Origin: an uncultured Acidobacteriota bacterium
Lineage (GTDB): Bacteria > Acidobacteriota > JAQAZP01
Reading direction: 5' to 3'
Assembly: GCA_963836075.1 (NCBI GenBank)
Contig: CAWIIB010000001.1
Coordinates: forward strand, 864,001 to 928,000
Length of the DNA: 64,000 bases
A model generated the notes under the pieces. The model searched no databases and was not told the origin of the DNA. It saw nothing but the letters and a program-made list of their open reading frames with translations. How positions within the stretch are numbered: the first letter of the stretch is position 1; each line of letters begins with the position of its first letter. This document shows positions 40,669-53,398 of the stretch, piece by piece. The position numbers and the translations under genes were made by a program.

Positions 40669-41042
40669 TGCCCTTACGCCAGAAGATCTTCGCTTTCATG
40701 TTGGCGGTCATCATCCTGGTGACCATCTTCGAGCTGGTACGGAAACGGAAACTGCGGGAGGAATATTCCTGGTTGTGGATCATCACCGGCTTGAGCATAC
40801 TGCTGGTGGTCTGGCGCTATGACCTGCTGGTCCGCTTCACCCATTTCATCGGCGCCTTCTGGCCAACATCCACCCTGTTCCTCCTCGGGCTGATCTTCCT
40901 GATGTTGATCAACCTCCACTATTCCGTTAAGATTTCCGGCCTGACCAACCAGGTCAAGAATCTGAGCCAGGAGATCACCCTGCTCAAGGGAGAGCTGACC
41001 GGGACTTCACACCCGCCGGAGGATCAATCAGACGATGGCTAA
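40665..41042 (+). CDS. DUF2304 family membrane protein
   Basis: ELVRKRKLREEYSWLW, three TMs, C-terminal coil 'VKNLSQEITLL'; coupled to the DPM-like GT2. Confidence 0.85.
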   Translation: MMPLRQKIFAFMLAVIILVTIFELVRKRKLREEYSWLWIITGLSILLVVWRYDLLVRFTHFIGAFWPTSTLFLLGLIFLMLINLHYSVKISGLTNQVKNLSQEITLLKGELTGTSHPPEDQSDDG

Positions 41043-43200
41043 GGCCCGAAAAGGCAGTATCTCAGCCCGGCGCACCCCCAGCTCAAGAAAGGACGGCACG
41101 ACCGCCGCCGGCGGACAGGGGGCCCGGCCGGCCGCCGCCCCGCCAACCGACCGCTCCGCCATCCGGTGGCAGATCCTCGCCGCCGCACTGGTGCTGACCA
41201 TGTTTGTGGTGGCCTACAGCGATACCTTGCACCACAGTTTCCAGTTCGACGACTACAACATCATCGTCAACAACGACAAGATCTTCCATCTCGACCTGCC
41301 GACCATCATTTCCAGCAACTACTTCCGCCCGGTGCTCTTTGTCACCTTCGCGCTGAATTACCACTTCGGCGCCGCCGACCCCTTCGGCTACCACCTGGTC
41401 AACCTCGGCCTGCACCTGCTGAACATGGTGCTGGTTTTTTACCTGATCTCCGTGCTGCTCCGCCTGGTCAACCGCGGGGCCGCCCAGCGGGAGGAGGGCT
41501 GGCAGCGGATCCCCCGCTTCTACCCTGCCCTGCTGGGCACGGTGATCTTTGGCCTTCATCCGCTGCAGACCGAATCGGTGACCTATATCGCCTCCCGGTC
41601 CTCGGTGCTCTGCACCAGCTTCGTCCTGCTCACCGTGGCGGCGTTTCTGGCCGCGAGGATCGAAGGGGAGGATGGCCCGCAGCCCCTGGCCCGGCGTGTG
41701 GCCTGGCTGGCGGCGGCAACGGCCAGTTTTGTCCTCGGCGTGGCCACCAAGGAGCTGGGCATCTGCGCCCCGCTGATCCTGCTGCTGCTGGAATTCCTGA
41801 TCTTCTCCCGGGGCGCGGCCCTGGCGGGGAAAGCACGGAATATCGTCCGCTACCACCTGCCCTTCCTGGCCCTGATCACCTTCGGCGCCGGGCTGCGGCT
41901 GGCCTTCATGTTCCGGCTGCACAACCCGGCGGAGTTTCGTTCGCCGTGGCACAACCTGTTGAGCCAGTTCAGGGTGGTGGTCCGCTACATGGTGATGACG
42001 TTCCTGCCGGTGAACCAGAACGTGGACCCCGATGTCCGCACCTCGGAGAGCCTCCTCGAGCCGTCGGTGATCCTCTCCCTGCTGCTGATCCTGCTGGTGC
42101 TGGCCTGTGGCTGGGTGCTCCGCAAACGGTACCCGCTGGCCGCCCTGGGTATCTTCATCTGGTTCACCGCTCTGCTGCCCACCTCATCCATCATCCCCCT
42201 GCGCGACCTGATGGCCGAACACCGGGTCTACCTGCCCATGGTGGGAGCCGCGCTGCTGGCAGCGTCCCTGCCCGGAATGCTGTCCCCCAAGGCGGCACAG
42301 GCCGGCAGGATCGCCCTGGCGGCCACCCTGGTGGCGGGCCTGGGGCTCAGTGTCGCCACCTTCCAGCGAAACAGGGTCTGGCTCTCCGGTCTCACCCTCT
42401 GGGCGGATTCGGTCTCCAAGTCCCCGGAGAAGGAACGGCCGGTGATGCACTACGCCAATGCCATCTCGGCCACGGGACGGCTGCAGGAAGCAAAGCAGCT
42501 CTACGAGAAGGTTCTGGCCCTCAACCCTGAGAACGCCACCGCCCGCTACAACCTGGGCATCATCTACAAGCAGCTGGGCGACTACGACCGCGGCGTTGAG
42601 GAGTGGCGGCACGTGGTGCGGATGGAGCCGGGACACCCCAACGTCCACATCAACATCGGCAACTACTACTTCTCCCGGGGAGAGCTGGAAAAGGCGTTCC
42701 AGGAATTCAAGGCGGAAATCCGGAGAAACCCGCGCAACCCCCTGGGCTATTTCAACCTCGGCAACTACTGGCGCCGTGTCGGGGAGCTGGAACGGGCGGA
42801 AGCCAGCTGGATCAAAGCCCTGTCCTACAAACAGGACCTGGAGGTCTGCCGGCTGCGGCTGGGCACCCTCTATTTCGAGGACAACCGGCTGGGCAAGGCC
42901 CGGCAGCAGTTCGAAGCCGTGCTCCGCTTCAACCCGGGGAGCGCGCCGGCGATGTTCAACCTGGGCCACGTGGCCTACAAGGAAGGACGGGTGGCCGATG
43001 CCGCGTCGCTCTACGAGCGCAGCGCCAACGCCGACAGGAACTTTGCCGACCCGCTAATCAACGCCGGCTCCATCTACCTCAGCGAACTGAACCAGCCAGA
43101 AAAGGGTGCGGCGCTGCTGCGCGAAGCGTTGAAGCGCAATCCCAACCACGCCGCGGCGGAAACCATCCGCCAGACCCTGGCCGGAATGACCGGTCCATAA
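41035..43200 (+). CDS. TMTC-like GT-C glycosyltransferase with C-terminal TPR array
   Basis: FQFDD, FRPV, GYHLVN, HPLQTESVTYI..RS, TKE, AEHRVYLP, RN.VW....LW; ~8 TPRs. Confidence 0.88.
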   Translation: MAKARKGSISARRTPSSRKDGTTAAGGQGARPAAAPPTDRSAIRWQILAAALVLTMFVVAYSDTLHHSFQFDDYNIIVNNDKIFHLDLPTIISSNYFRPVLFVTFALNYHFGAADPFGYHLVNLGLHLLNMVLVFYLISVLLRLVNRGAAQREEGWQRIPRFYPALLGTVIFGLHPLQTESVTYIASRSSVLCTSFVLLTVAAFLAARIEGEDGPQPLARRVAWLAAATASFVLGVATKELGICAPLILLLLEFLIFSRGAALAGKARNIVRYHLPFLALITFGAGLRLAFMFRLHNPAEFRSPWHNLLSQFRVVVRYMVMTFLPVNQNVDPDVRTSESLLEPSVILSLLLILLVLACGWVLRKRYPLAALGIFIWFTALLPTSSIIPLRDLMAEHRVYLPMVGAALLAASLPGMLSPKAAQAGRIALAATLVAGLGLSVATFQRNRVWLSGLTLWADSVSKSPEKERPVMHYANAISATGRLQEAKQLYEKVLALNPENATARYNLGIIYKQLGDYDRGVEEWRHVVRMEPGHPNVHINIGNYYFSRGELEKAFQEFKAEIRRNPRNPLGYFNLGNYWRRVGELERAEASWIKALSYKQDLEVCRLRLGTLYFEDNRLGKARQQFEAVLRFNPGSAPAMFNLGHVAYKEGRVADAASLYERSANADRNFADPLINAGSIYLSELNQPEKGAALLREALKRNPNHAAAETIRQTLAGMTGP

Positions 43201-43230
43201 AAAAGCCCGGAGGGTAACCTCCGGGCTTTC
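43199..43230. terminator. Bidirectional intrinsic terminator
   Basis: AAAGCCCGGAGG-loop-CCTCCGGGCTTT between convergent genes. Confidence 0.8.
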
Positions 43231-43251
43231 ACACTCTCTCCACCCAATCGA

Positions 43252-44442
43252 TCAGTCGAAGTAGACCGTCCAGTGGTCAAAGGAGACCGGCGCGGCCATG
43301 CCGTCGGTCACCGTGGTGGTCTGGGAGAAGTCGGGGGGATTGAGCTCGTGGTAGTCGAAGATCTTCACGGTCTGCGATTCGATCATATACATGCTGTTGA
43401 GCAGCGTATAGGTGTCGTAGTGGTCCTCTTCGGCTTCGCCGGAGCGGTGGGCGTTCTCGATGAACTGCAGGGTGCCGTCGGCGTCCTGCCGCACCCGGGC
43501 CTGCCACCAGTCGCCGGTGGGCTCGTTGAGGTCACGGTCGGAGGTCCAGCCGAAGAGCGCGGTGAGGTTGCCGCCCACGTCGTTGGAGAAGCGGACCCAG
43601 CGGGTCCAGAAGCCGTTGAAGCCGTCCACACCGGGGGCGTCATCCAGCCGGTCGCCCTTGAGCACGCCGGCCACATAGACGCCCGGAGGGGGCACGAGGC
43701 CGTGGGAGAGGGGCTGGCTGGAAGAGCGCAGCATCTTGACGCCTTCACGCTGGGTGTTGGGATTGACGATGATCGCGTTGCGCACGCGGTCGTACATCCG
43801 GCCCAGGCTCTCGTAGGCGATGTGGTCGACGCCCTTGCCCGGCGGGGGCAGCATCGAGCTGGAAGTGGAGCTGCCGAGCACCGGCACGTCGTCGGGGATC
43901 ACGGGATCCAGACGGAATGTGGTGTCGTAGTAAATGTAGGTGACTTCCATGTCCTCGCCGCCGAGCCATTCCACCGTCTTGGTGGTGTAGCCGAAGAGGT
44001 CGTAGCCGGCGCCGTTCCAGTTGTAGTAGGTCCATTCCTGGAACCAGATATCGATGTCGCTGACCCGGTAGTCGTAGGTGTGGTCTTCCTTGCCGGTGAG
44101 GGTCATGCTGCCGTCGTAGATCTCGGTGGTGGTGAAGTAGACACCGCCGATCAGGGTGCGCACGGCCTCGCGCACTTCGGTGGTCACCAGACTCACACCA
44201 TCCCACTCCTCGGTGGTGATGGTGATGGTCTCGTCGCCGGCCGCCGGCATGTCACACTCGGAGACGCAGGTCACCCGCTTCATCAGGGTGCCGCTGGCGT
44301 CGGGCTCCCAGCTCTCTTCCGTGCTGGTGAATCCGCAGGTGCCGAAATTCATCCGCGGGTCGAGGTCATCGGTGGCCCAGGCAGTGGTGGCCAGCAGCAG
44401 CACCAGCAACCCGGTGAACAGGATACTCATGTTTTTCTTCAT
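43252..44442 (-). CDS. Secreted acidic, Thr/aromatic-rich hypothetical protein
   Basis: GGAGG RBS; signal peptide MKKN..TAWA; strongly biased codons; no recognisable family. Confidence 0.75.
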   Translation of the reverse strand: MKKNMSILFTGLLVLLLATTAWATDDLDPRMNFGTCGFTSTEESWEPDASGTLMKRVTCVSECDMPAAGDETITITTEEWDGVSLVTTEVREAVRTLIGGVYFTTTEIYDGSMTLTGKEDHTYDYRVSDIDIWFQEWTYYNWNGAGYDLFGYTTKTVEWLGGEDMEVTYIYYDTTFRLDPVIPDDVPVLGSSTSSSMLPPPGKGVDHIAYESLGRMYDRVRNAIIVNPNTQREGVKMLRSSSQPLSHGLVPPPGVYVAGVLKGDRLDDAPGVDGFNGFWTRWVRFSNDVGGNLTALFGWTSDRDLNEPTGDWWQARVRQDADGTLQFIENAHRSGEAEEDHYDTYTLLNSMYMIESQTVKIFDYHELNPPDFSQTTTVTDGMAAPVSFDHWTVYFD

Positions 44443-44964
44443 CGATCTGTTTCCTCCAGTTCTTCGGAACGGCCAATCCGATTGTGGCACGATCTCCGTC
44501 ATGGAGATCGTGCGCAGTTCAAAGAGAGTGACGAAACGTCTGCAATGACCGGTTGCAGCCCCTCAGGGGCCAACACAAACTAAAAACTGATGTAGAGCGG
44601 AGTTTTCCTGAGCCCCAGCCAGGGCACGGAAAAACTTTTCCACATTTAAGCGTCCCAGCCTCTCCGTATGGAAACATTTTCCCATCGCCAGTGATGGAAT
44701 ACTGCTCTCCCGTCTGCAGCTGAATAGATAGAACAAACAGCACTGTCCACCGAGGATCAATCAAATTTGGGATACCACAAACATTCAGCACATTCTTCAT
44801 TTTTTGCAAGATACAGTGAATCATGAATTTAGAGACAGTTTTCATGATTATCATTTTCACTGTAAACTTCCCTCTCCTGAACTTTTTCCGTGTATTTCCG
44901 ACAGTTCTTGCTTGTGGCCGCTTGCCCCTTTTCGCTTCATTGCGGTGTTCGGTAGAGGTAAATT

Positions 44965-44980
44965 TGCAAGTTGTATGCCC
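44965..44980 (-). promoter_or_regulatory. Putative sigma54 promoter
   Basis: GGGCATACAACTTGCA (GG-N10-GC) in the AT-rich spacer, pointing toward the 44442 gene. Confidence 0.45.
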
Positions 44981-45066
44981 ACTTCCTGACAGTGGCAGAG
45001 GAAGAACCAGGAAATCCCGTCCGGGATTCAGGACAAGGTGCAGTCATCGGGTTCTGGACGGGAATT

Positions 45067-46443
45067 TCAGCCGTCGGATTCGACCGTGATACCAAACTGG
45101 TCGAGCTTCTTGTAGAGGTTGCTGCGCGGGGTCTGAATGGCCGCGGCGGTGCGGGAGATATTCCAGTCGTTCTCCTTCAGTTTCTCCACCAGGAAGAGCC
45201 GCTCGGTCTTTTCCTTGAAATCCTTCAGTGTGGCAATCCCTGACAGGTCGGGAACCTGGCCGCCGGGCCCGGCTGCGGTAACCTCCCCCGGCAGCAGCGC
45301 GGCATCGATGGAATCACCGGGTGCCATGATCACCATCCGCTCAACCATGTTCCTCAGTTCCCGCACGTTTCCCGGCCAGTGGTAGGCGGCCAGGCGGTCC
45401 AGCGCCTCGTCGGTGAAGGTCCGGGGGCGGTAGTTGTTCTCCCCGCAGAACGATTCCATGAAGTGGGCCACCAGCAGCCTGATATCGCCGACTCCCCGTT
45501 CACGGAGGGACGGGCTGCGGATGGGAACCACGTTGAGCCGGTAATAGAGATCGAGACGGAAGTTGCCCTTCCCGATCTCCTCCTCCAACGCCTTGTTGGT
45601 GGCGGCGATGACCCGCACATCCACTTCCAGCACCCGGCCCGAGCCGATGGGCTCCACCTCGCCCTCCTCCAGCACCCGGAGCACCTTGGCCTGGGTGCGG
45701 AGGCTCATATCCCCGATTTCATCGAGAAAGAGGGTGCCGCCGCTGGCCTGGGAAAACTTGCCTTCGCGCTTCTCGTAGGCACCGGTGAACGAGCCCTTCT
45801 CATGCCCGAACAGCTCGCTTTCGATCAGTTCTTCGGGGATCGCGGCACAGTTGACCTGGATGAAATCTTTGTTCGCCCGCAGGCTGCCGTTGTGGATCGC
45901 CCGGGCGATCAGTTCCTTGCCGGTTCCGCTCTCGCCGGTGATCAGCACGGTAGCCGCGGTGGGTGCGGCGGCGGCGATTTCCTCGTGCAGGCGGTTGATC
46001 TGCTCGCTCTCCCCCACAATCTGGTGCCGCTGTTCGATCTGCCGGCGGAAACCGCGGTTCTCCAGTTCGAGTTTCCGCTGCTCCAGTGCGTTGCGCACCA
46101 CCAGCAGCAGGCGCTCTCGCTCCAGGGGCTTTTCGAGAAAATCGAAGGCCCCCATGCGAGTGGCGTCCACCGCGGTCTGAATGCTGCCGTGCCCGGAGAT
46201 GATGACCACCGGGAAGCCGGTGAGCCCTTCCTTGCGCAGCCGCGAGAGCACCTCCAGCCCGTCCATCCGCGGCATCTTGATGTCCAGGAAGAGAAGGTCG
46301 GGCTCCTCGAGGCGCACCCGGTCCAGGCCCTCCCGCCCCGAGGAGGCGAAAAGGCACTGGTACCCCTCGTATTCCAGGGTCATGGTAATGGCCTGACGGA
46401 TGTCGGGATCGTCGTCGATAACCAGTATCTTCTCGCCGGCCAT
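45067..46443 (-). CDS. Sigma54-dependent response regulator (NtrX-like)
   Basis: REC domain (LDIKMP, ISGHG), GESGTGKE, GSFTGA, LFLDEIGD, WPGNVREL, HTH. Confidence 0.93.
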   Translation of the reverse strand: MAGEKILVIDDDPDIRQAITMTLEYEGYQCLFASSGREGLDRVRLEEPDLLFLDIKMPRMDGLEVLSRLRKEGLTGFPVVIISGHGSIQTAVDATRMGAFDFLEKPLERERLLLVVRNALEQRKLELENRGFRRQIEQRHQIVGESEQINRLHEEIAAAAPTAATVLITGESGTGKELIARAIHNGSLRANKDFIQVNCAAIPEELIESELFGHEKGSFTGAYEKREGKFSQASGGTLFLDEIGDMSLRTQAKVLRVLEEGEVEPIGSGRVLEVDVRVIAATNKALEEEIGKGNFRLDLYYRLNVVPIRSPSLRERGVGDIRLLVAHFMESFCGENNYRPRTFTDEALDRLAAYHWPGNVRELRNMVERMVIMAPGDSIDAALLPGEVTAAGPGGQVPDLSGIATLKDFKEKTERLFLVEKLKENDWNISRTAAAIQTPRSNLYKKLDQFGITVESDG

Positions 46444-46497
46444 GCCCGTCCTCCCTGCCGGCCGGACCGTTGAGCGCCCGGCCGGCTGCGGATCCGG

Positions 46498-48015
46498 TCA
46501 GTCAGTCACCTTGAGGGTCTTGAAGAAGGAGTCCGCGCCACGGTGCACGTAGAGCAGCACCAGGTCGCCCTCCTCGATCTTCTCCAGTTCCTCCTTGTAC
46601 CGCTCCAGGGAATCGATCTTCTCGCGGAAGATCTCGCCGATCACATCACCCTCGCGGAGGTCCGCCTCGCCTGCGGGCGACAGCGGCTTCACCCCCAGCA
46701 CCAGCACGCCGTTTACCGATTCGCCGACGCGGTAGCGCTCGCGCATGGCCGGGTTCAACTGGTGCACGGTGAGGCCCAGGAGGTCCTCCTCCACCCGTGC
46801 CTGTTTTTTCGCCTCCTCGCCGCCGGCCTCCTCGTCACGCTCAGCGAGAATCACTCCCAGCGTCTTTGACTTGCCGTCCCGGAATATCTTCAGGTTCACC
46901 GTCTCACCGGGCGGAATGGAGGAGACCAGGGACACCAGGTCGCTGGAATCGGCCACCGGATTCCCGTTGACCTCCAGGATCACATCACCGTGCTGCAGGC
47001 CGGCCTGGTCGGCAGGCAGGCCTTTGACCACTTCCTGGACGATGGCGCCGTTGCGGCTGGGCAGTTTGAAAAGTTCCTGCATTTCAGGCGTGACCGCGGT
47101 GACCTTGATCCCCAGATATCCCCGGGACACCCGTCCTTTGGCCTTCAGCTGGGGCATGATGTCCCGGGCCACGTTCACCGGCACCGCAAAACCGATGTTC
47201 TGCGCCGCGGCGCTGATCGCGGTGTTGATGCCGATGATCTCGCCCCGGGTGTTGATCAGCGGGCCCCCGCTGTTGCCGAAGTTGATCGCGGCATCGGTCT
47301 GGATAAAGTTGTCCAGGGACACGTCGCGCCCCCCGCCGTCACGGTCGGAAAGATAGGGCAGTTTCCGCCCCAGGGCGCTGACCACGCCCACGGATACGGT
47401 GTGCTTGAAATTGTGGGGGTTGCCGATGGCCATCACCCACTCGCCGATGCGCAGGGCATCCGAATCGCCCAGGGGTGCGAAGGGGAGGTCCCTCTCGGGA
47501 TCGATCTTGATCAGGGCCAGGTCGGTGGGCGGATCGGTGCCCACCACTTCAGCCTTGAGCCGTGTGCCGTCGGCGAACTCCACGGTCACTTTCTCGGCAC
47601 CCTCGATCATGTGGTTGTTGGTCAGGATGTAGCCTTCCTTGTCGATGACCACCCCGGACCCGCGGCCGGTTCTCTCCTGCTCACGCGGCTGCTGCTGTTG
47701 CTCAGGCGACTGGCGGTCGGGGCCGAAGAAAAAGTCCCAGAAGGGATCCCGAAACTGGTTCCGGCCTCCCTCACCGGCCCGGACCACTTCGGTGGACTCG
47801 ATATAGACCACGGCGGGATTGACCCGCTCGGCAATATCGGCAAAATCGGGCATGGAGATCACCGGCACCGCCGCGGCGGTTTCCTGGGGCGGGGCCGAGG
47901 CATGGCTCACCGTGGTCCCTGACATCTGCCCCAGTGCAACACCAAGAAGGATCAGCAAACCGGCCACGGCACCGACACTGAACACTCCCCGCTTTCCAAA
48001 TCGACTGATCATCAT
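46498..48015 (-). CDS. degP: HtrA/DegP(Q) periplasmic serine protease with two PDZ domains
   Basis: GSGVVI, TNNH, DLAL, QTDAAINFGNSGGPL, two PDZ domains. Confidence 0.95.
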   Translation of the reverse strand: MMISRFGKRGVFSVGAVAGLLILLGVALGQMSGTTVSHASAPPQETAAAVPVISMPDFADIAERVNPAVVYIESTEVVRAGEGGRNQFRDPFWDFFFGPDRQSPEQQQQPREQERTGRGSGVVIDKEGYILTNNHMIEGAEKVTVEFADGTRLKAEVVGTDPPTDLALIKIDPERDLPFAPLGDSDALRIGEWVMAIGNPHNFKHTVSVGVVSALGRKLPYLSDRDGGGRDVSLDNFIQTDAAINFGNSGGPLINTRGEIIGINTAISAAAQNIGFAVPVNVARDIMPQLKAKGRVSRGYLGIKVTAVTPEMQELFKLPSRNGAIVQEVVKGLPADQAGLQHGDVILEVNGNPVADSSDLVSLVSSIPPGETVNLKIFRDGKSKTLGVILAERDEEAGGEEAKKQARVEEDLLGLTVHQLNPAMRERYRVGESVNGVLVLGVKPLSPAGEADLREGDVIGEIFREKIDSLERYKEELEKIEEGDLVLLYVHRGADSFFKTLKVTD

Positions 48016-48139
48016 TCACCTCCTGAAGACGGGCCGCTGAAGGCCCGATCTGTGAAATCCGGCAAGGGCCGGAAACCGGCGCAAAATAGCGTCCGTTCCG
48101 GCCACTGAAATCTATTCGTAATTCCGGTATGAAAAGGAT

Positions 48140-48253
48140 ATCAAGAATTGTGCCAGGACACCAGAAACTTCTCAACAACATTACTCATTTGTTTTCAATA
48201 ATTTAACATTATTCCCGTTTGCCGCCACCCCTGAAGAATCTGCCAGAATGGCA
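48140..48253 (-). promoter_or_regulatory. Sigma54 promoter + IHF-like site + activator palindrome for degP
   Basis: TGGCACAATTCTTGAT (48140-48155; GA at -12), TTTCAA-N4-TTA (48193-48205), TGCCA-N3-TGGCA (48241-48253). Confidence 0.6.
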
Positions 48254-48314
48254 CAGGTGGCCTGAAAAAGTGACAGTTTGGGGCGAGTATCGGGAAAAGG
48301 TCAGAGTGAAAGGA

Positions 48315-51801
<3,487 letters not shown>

Positions 51802-53259
51802 TTACTCGACCAGCGGCCCGGCCAGCGGCAGGGCGATGGTGAACAGGGCTCCGCCGCCGTCCCGCCGGCCGGCGCTGATGGTGCCGCCGTGGGCCTCCAC
51901 AATCCGCTGGGAGATGGCCAGGCCGAGGCCGGTCCCACCCTTCTTGGTGGAATGGAAGATCTGGAAGATGCGTTCGGCCTCCTGGGGTGGGATGCCCCCG
52001 CCGTTGTCGGCCACCGCGATGGCAACCCCGTCCTCTCCGTGCAGCGAAACACTGATTTCCACCGTCCCCTGGTTCTCGGAAACCGCGTCGGCGGCGTTGA
52101 TCATCACGTTGATCAACGCCTGTTTCAGCTGGCCCGCATCAGCACTGAACCGGGGCAGTTCCCGGTCAACCCGGCGGACCAGCGACACGCCGCGGCGACG
52201 GAAGTCGGCCTCGAGGAAATCCGCGACCTCGTTGACCAGCGCCGCCGGATCGAGGCTCTCCGGCCGCAGCTGCTGGGGTCGGGCATAGGCCAGGAAGTCG
52301 GAAACCAGGCGTTCCAGGCGCATGATCTCCCGCCGGTTGATCTCCAGCAGATCGATGTACTCCTGCTTCCGCTCCGAATCCTCAGGGGTGTCCTCCAGCT
52401 CCTCCTGGAGCATCTGCACGTTCATGTTCATCGCGTTGAGCGGGTTGCGGATCTCGTGGGCCAACCCCCCGGCCAGGGTGCCCACATAGGCCAGACGATC
52501 GGCCATCTGCGCCTCGGCCTCCAGCTGCCGGGTCCGGTTGAGCATCCGCAGCACGTAGAGAAAACCGACCATCAGAAAGAGCAGGCTCAGCCCGGCACCG
52601 ATGAAGACGTTGGTGATCAGGGACCGGCGCAACCGGGTGACCCGCTCGTCCAGCCGGGTCTCCGGCACCAGCAGGTGCACCGCGGCGGCCGGGTTTCCGG
52701 ACTGATCGGACACCGGGACAACAATGTCATAGACCTGCTCCTCGTCATGTTCCACCACCAGTTCGCCCCTGGGGAACAGGACGGCGCCCCCGCTCCCCTC
52801 CGGCTGCCCGGTGGCCGGGGGCCGGAAGACGATGCTTTTTCCCCGCAGGGAGCGGTTCTGGTAGATAACCTCACCGTCCTGGTCGGTGACCACCACGTAG
52901 GAGACCATCTGCCGGCCGGCCAGTTCGTTATCCACGTAGGTGTCGAGCACCTTGTACAGCTCGCGGACGTGAAAGACCCCGCCGGCGATGCCGGGAGGGA
53001 AGAGCTGGCCGTCCACCGGCAGGTCCTGCAGGCTGCGGGCCAGCCGGCTGGCGCCCTGGCGGGAGCTCTCCAGGGCCTCGGTGATCACGCTCTGGCTCAG
53101 GTAACGGAAAACGAGAAAACCCACCACCCCGATATTGGCCAGCAGCAGGAGGGCGAAGAGCAGCGACGAGGCCACCAGGCGGCGCCGGTAAGCCGGCCTC
53201 GAACGTACCGGCGGTTCGCCGGAGCATCGTGTGAACTCGCTGCCGTTGATTTCAGTCAC
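51802..53259 (-). CDS. Membrane sensor histidine kinase
   Basis: Two TMs, AHEIRNPL H-box, N-box NAADA, DNGGG, GTGLGL; GTG start after AGGAG. Confidence 0.93.
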   Translation of the reverse strand: MTEINGSEFTRCSGEPPVRSRPAYRRRLVASSLLFALLLLANIGVVGFLVFRYLSQSVITEALESSRQGASRLARSLQDLPVDGQLFPPGIAGGVFHVRELYKVLDTYVDNELAGRQMVSYVVVTDQDGEVIYQNRSLRGKSIVFRPPATGQPEGSGGAVLFPRGELVVEHDEEQVYDIVVPVSDQSGNPAAAVHLLVPETRLDERVTRLRRSLITNVFIGAGLSLLFLMVGFLYVLRMLNRTRQLEAEAQMADRLAYVGTLAGGLAHEIRNPLNAMNMNVQMLQEELEDTPEDSERKQEYIDLLEINRREIMRLERLVSDFLAYARPQQLRPESLDPAALVNEVADFLEADFRRRGVSLVRRVDRELPRFSADAGQLKQALINVMINAADAVSENQGTVEISVSLHGEDGVAIAVADNGGGIPPQEAERIFQIFHSTKKGGTGLGLAISQRIVEAHGGTISAGRRDGGGALFTIALPLAGPLVE

Positions 53260-53292
53260 CTGCGGCTCCTCTCCATTCGGTCCCCTGTCGAA

Positions 53293-53320
53293 ATTGTAGC
53301 AGGGCAATGGAGGCAGTCAA
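53293..53320 (-). promoter_or_regulatory. Sigma70-like promoter of the kinase-ligA-regulator operon
   Basis: TTGACT-N16-TACAAT with extended TG. Confidence 0.5.
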
Positions 53321-53335
53321 GGAGAGCTCCCGGGT

Positions 53336-53397
53336 GGGGACGTACATGAATATATGAATTTTTTCCTGGAAATAGTCATATATTCATGTACGTCCCC
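53336..53397. repeat. 62-bp inverted repeat with 22-bp perfect arms (REP/MITE-like)
   Basis: GGGGACGTACATGAATATATGA-N18-TCATATATTCATGTACGTCCCC. Confidence 0.9.
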
Positions 53398-53398
53398 G

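Noticed and set aside
44519-45243. Several short ORFs in the AT-rich spacer
   Set aside because: No RBS, codon bias or motifs; mutually overlapping.
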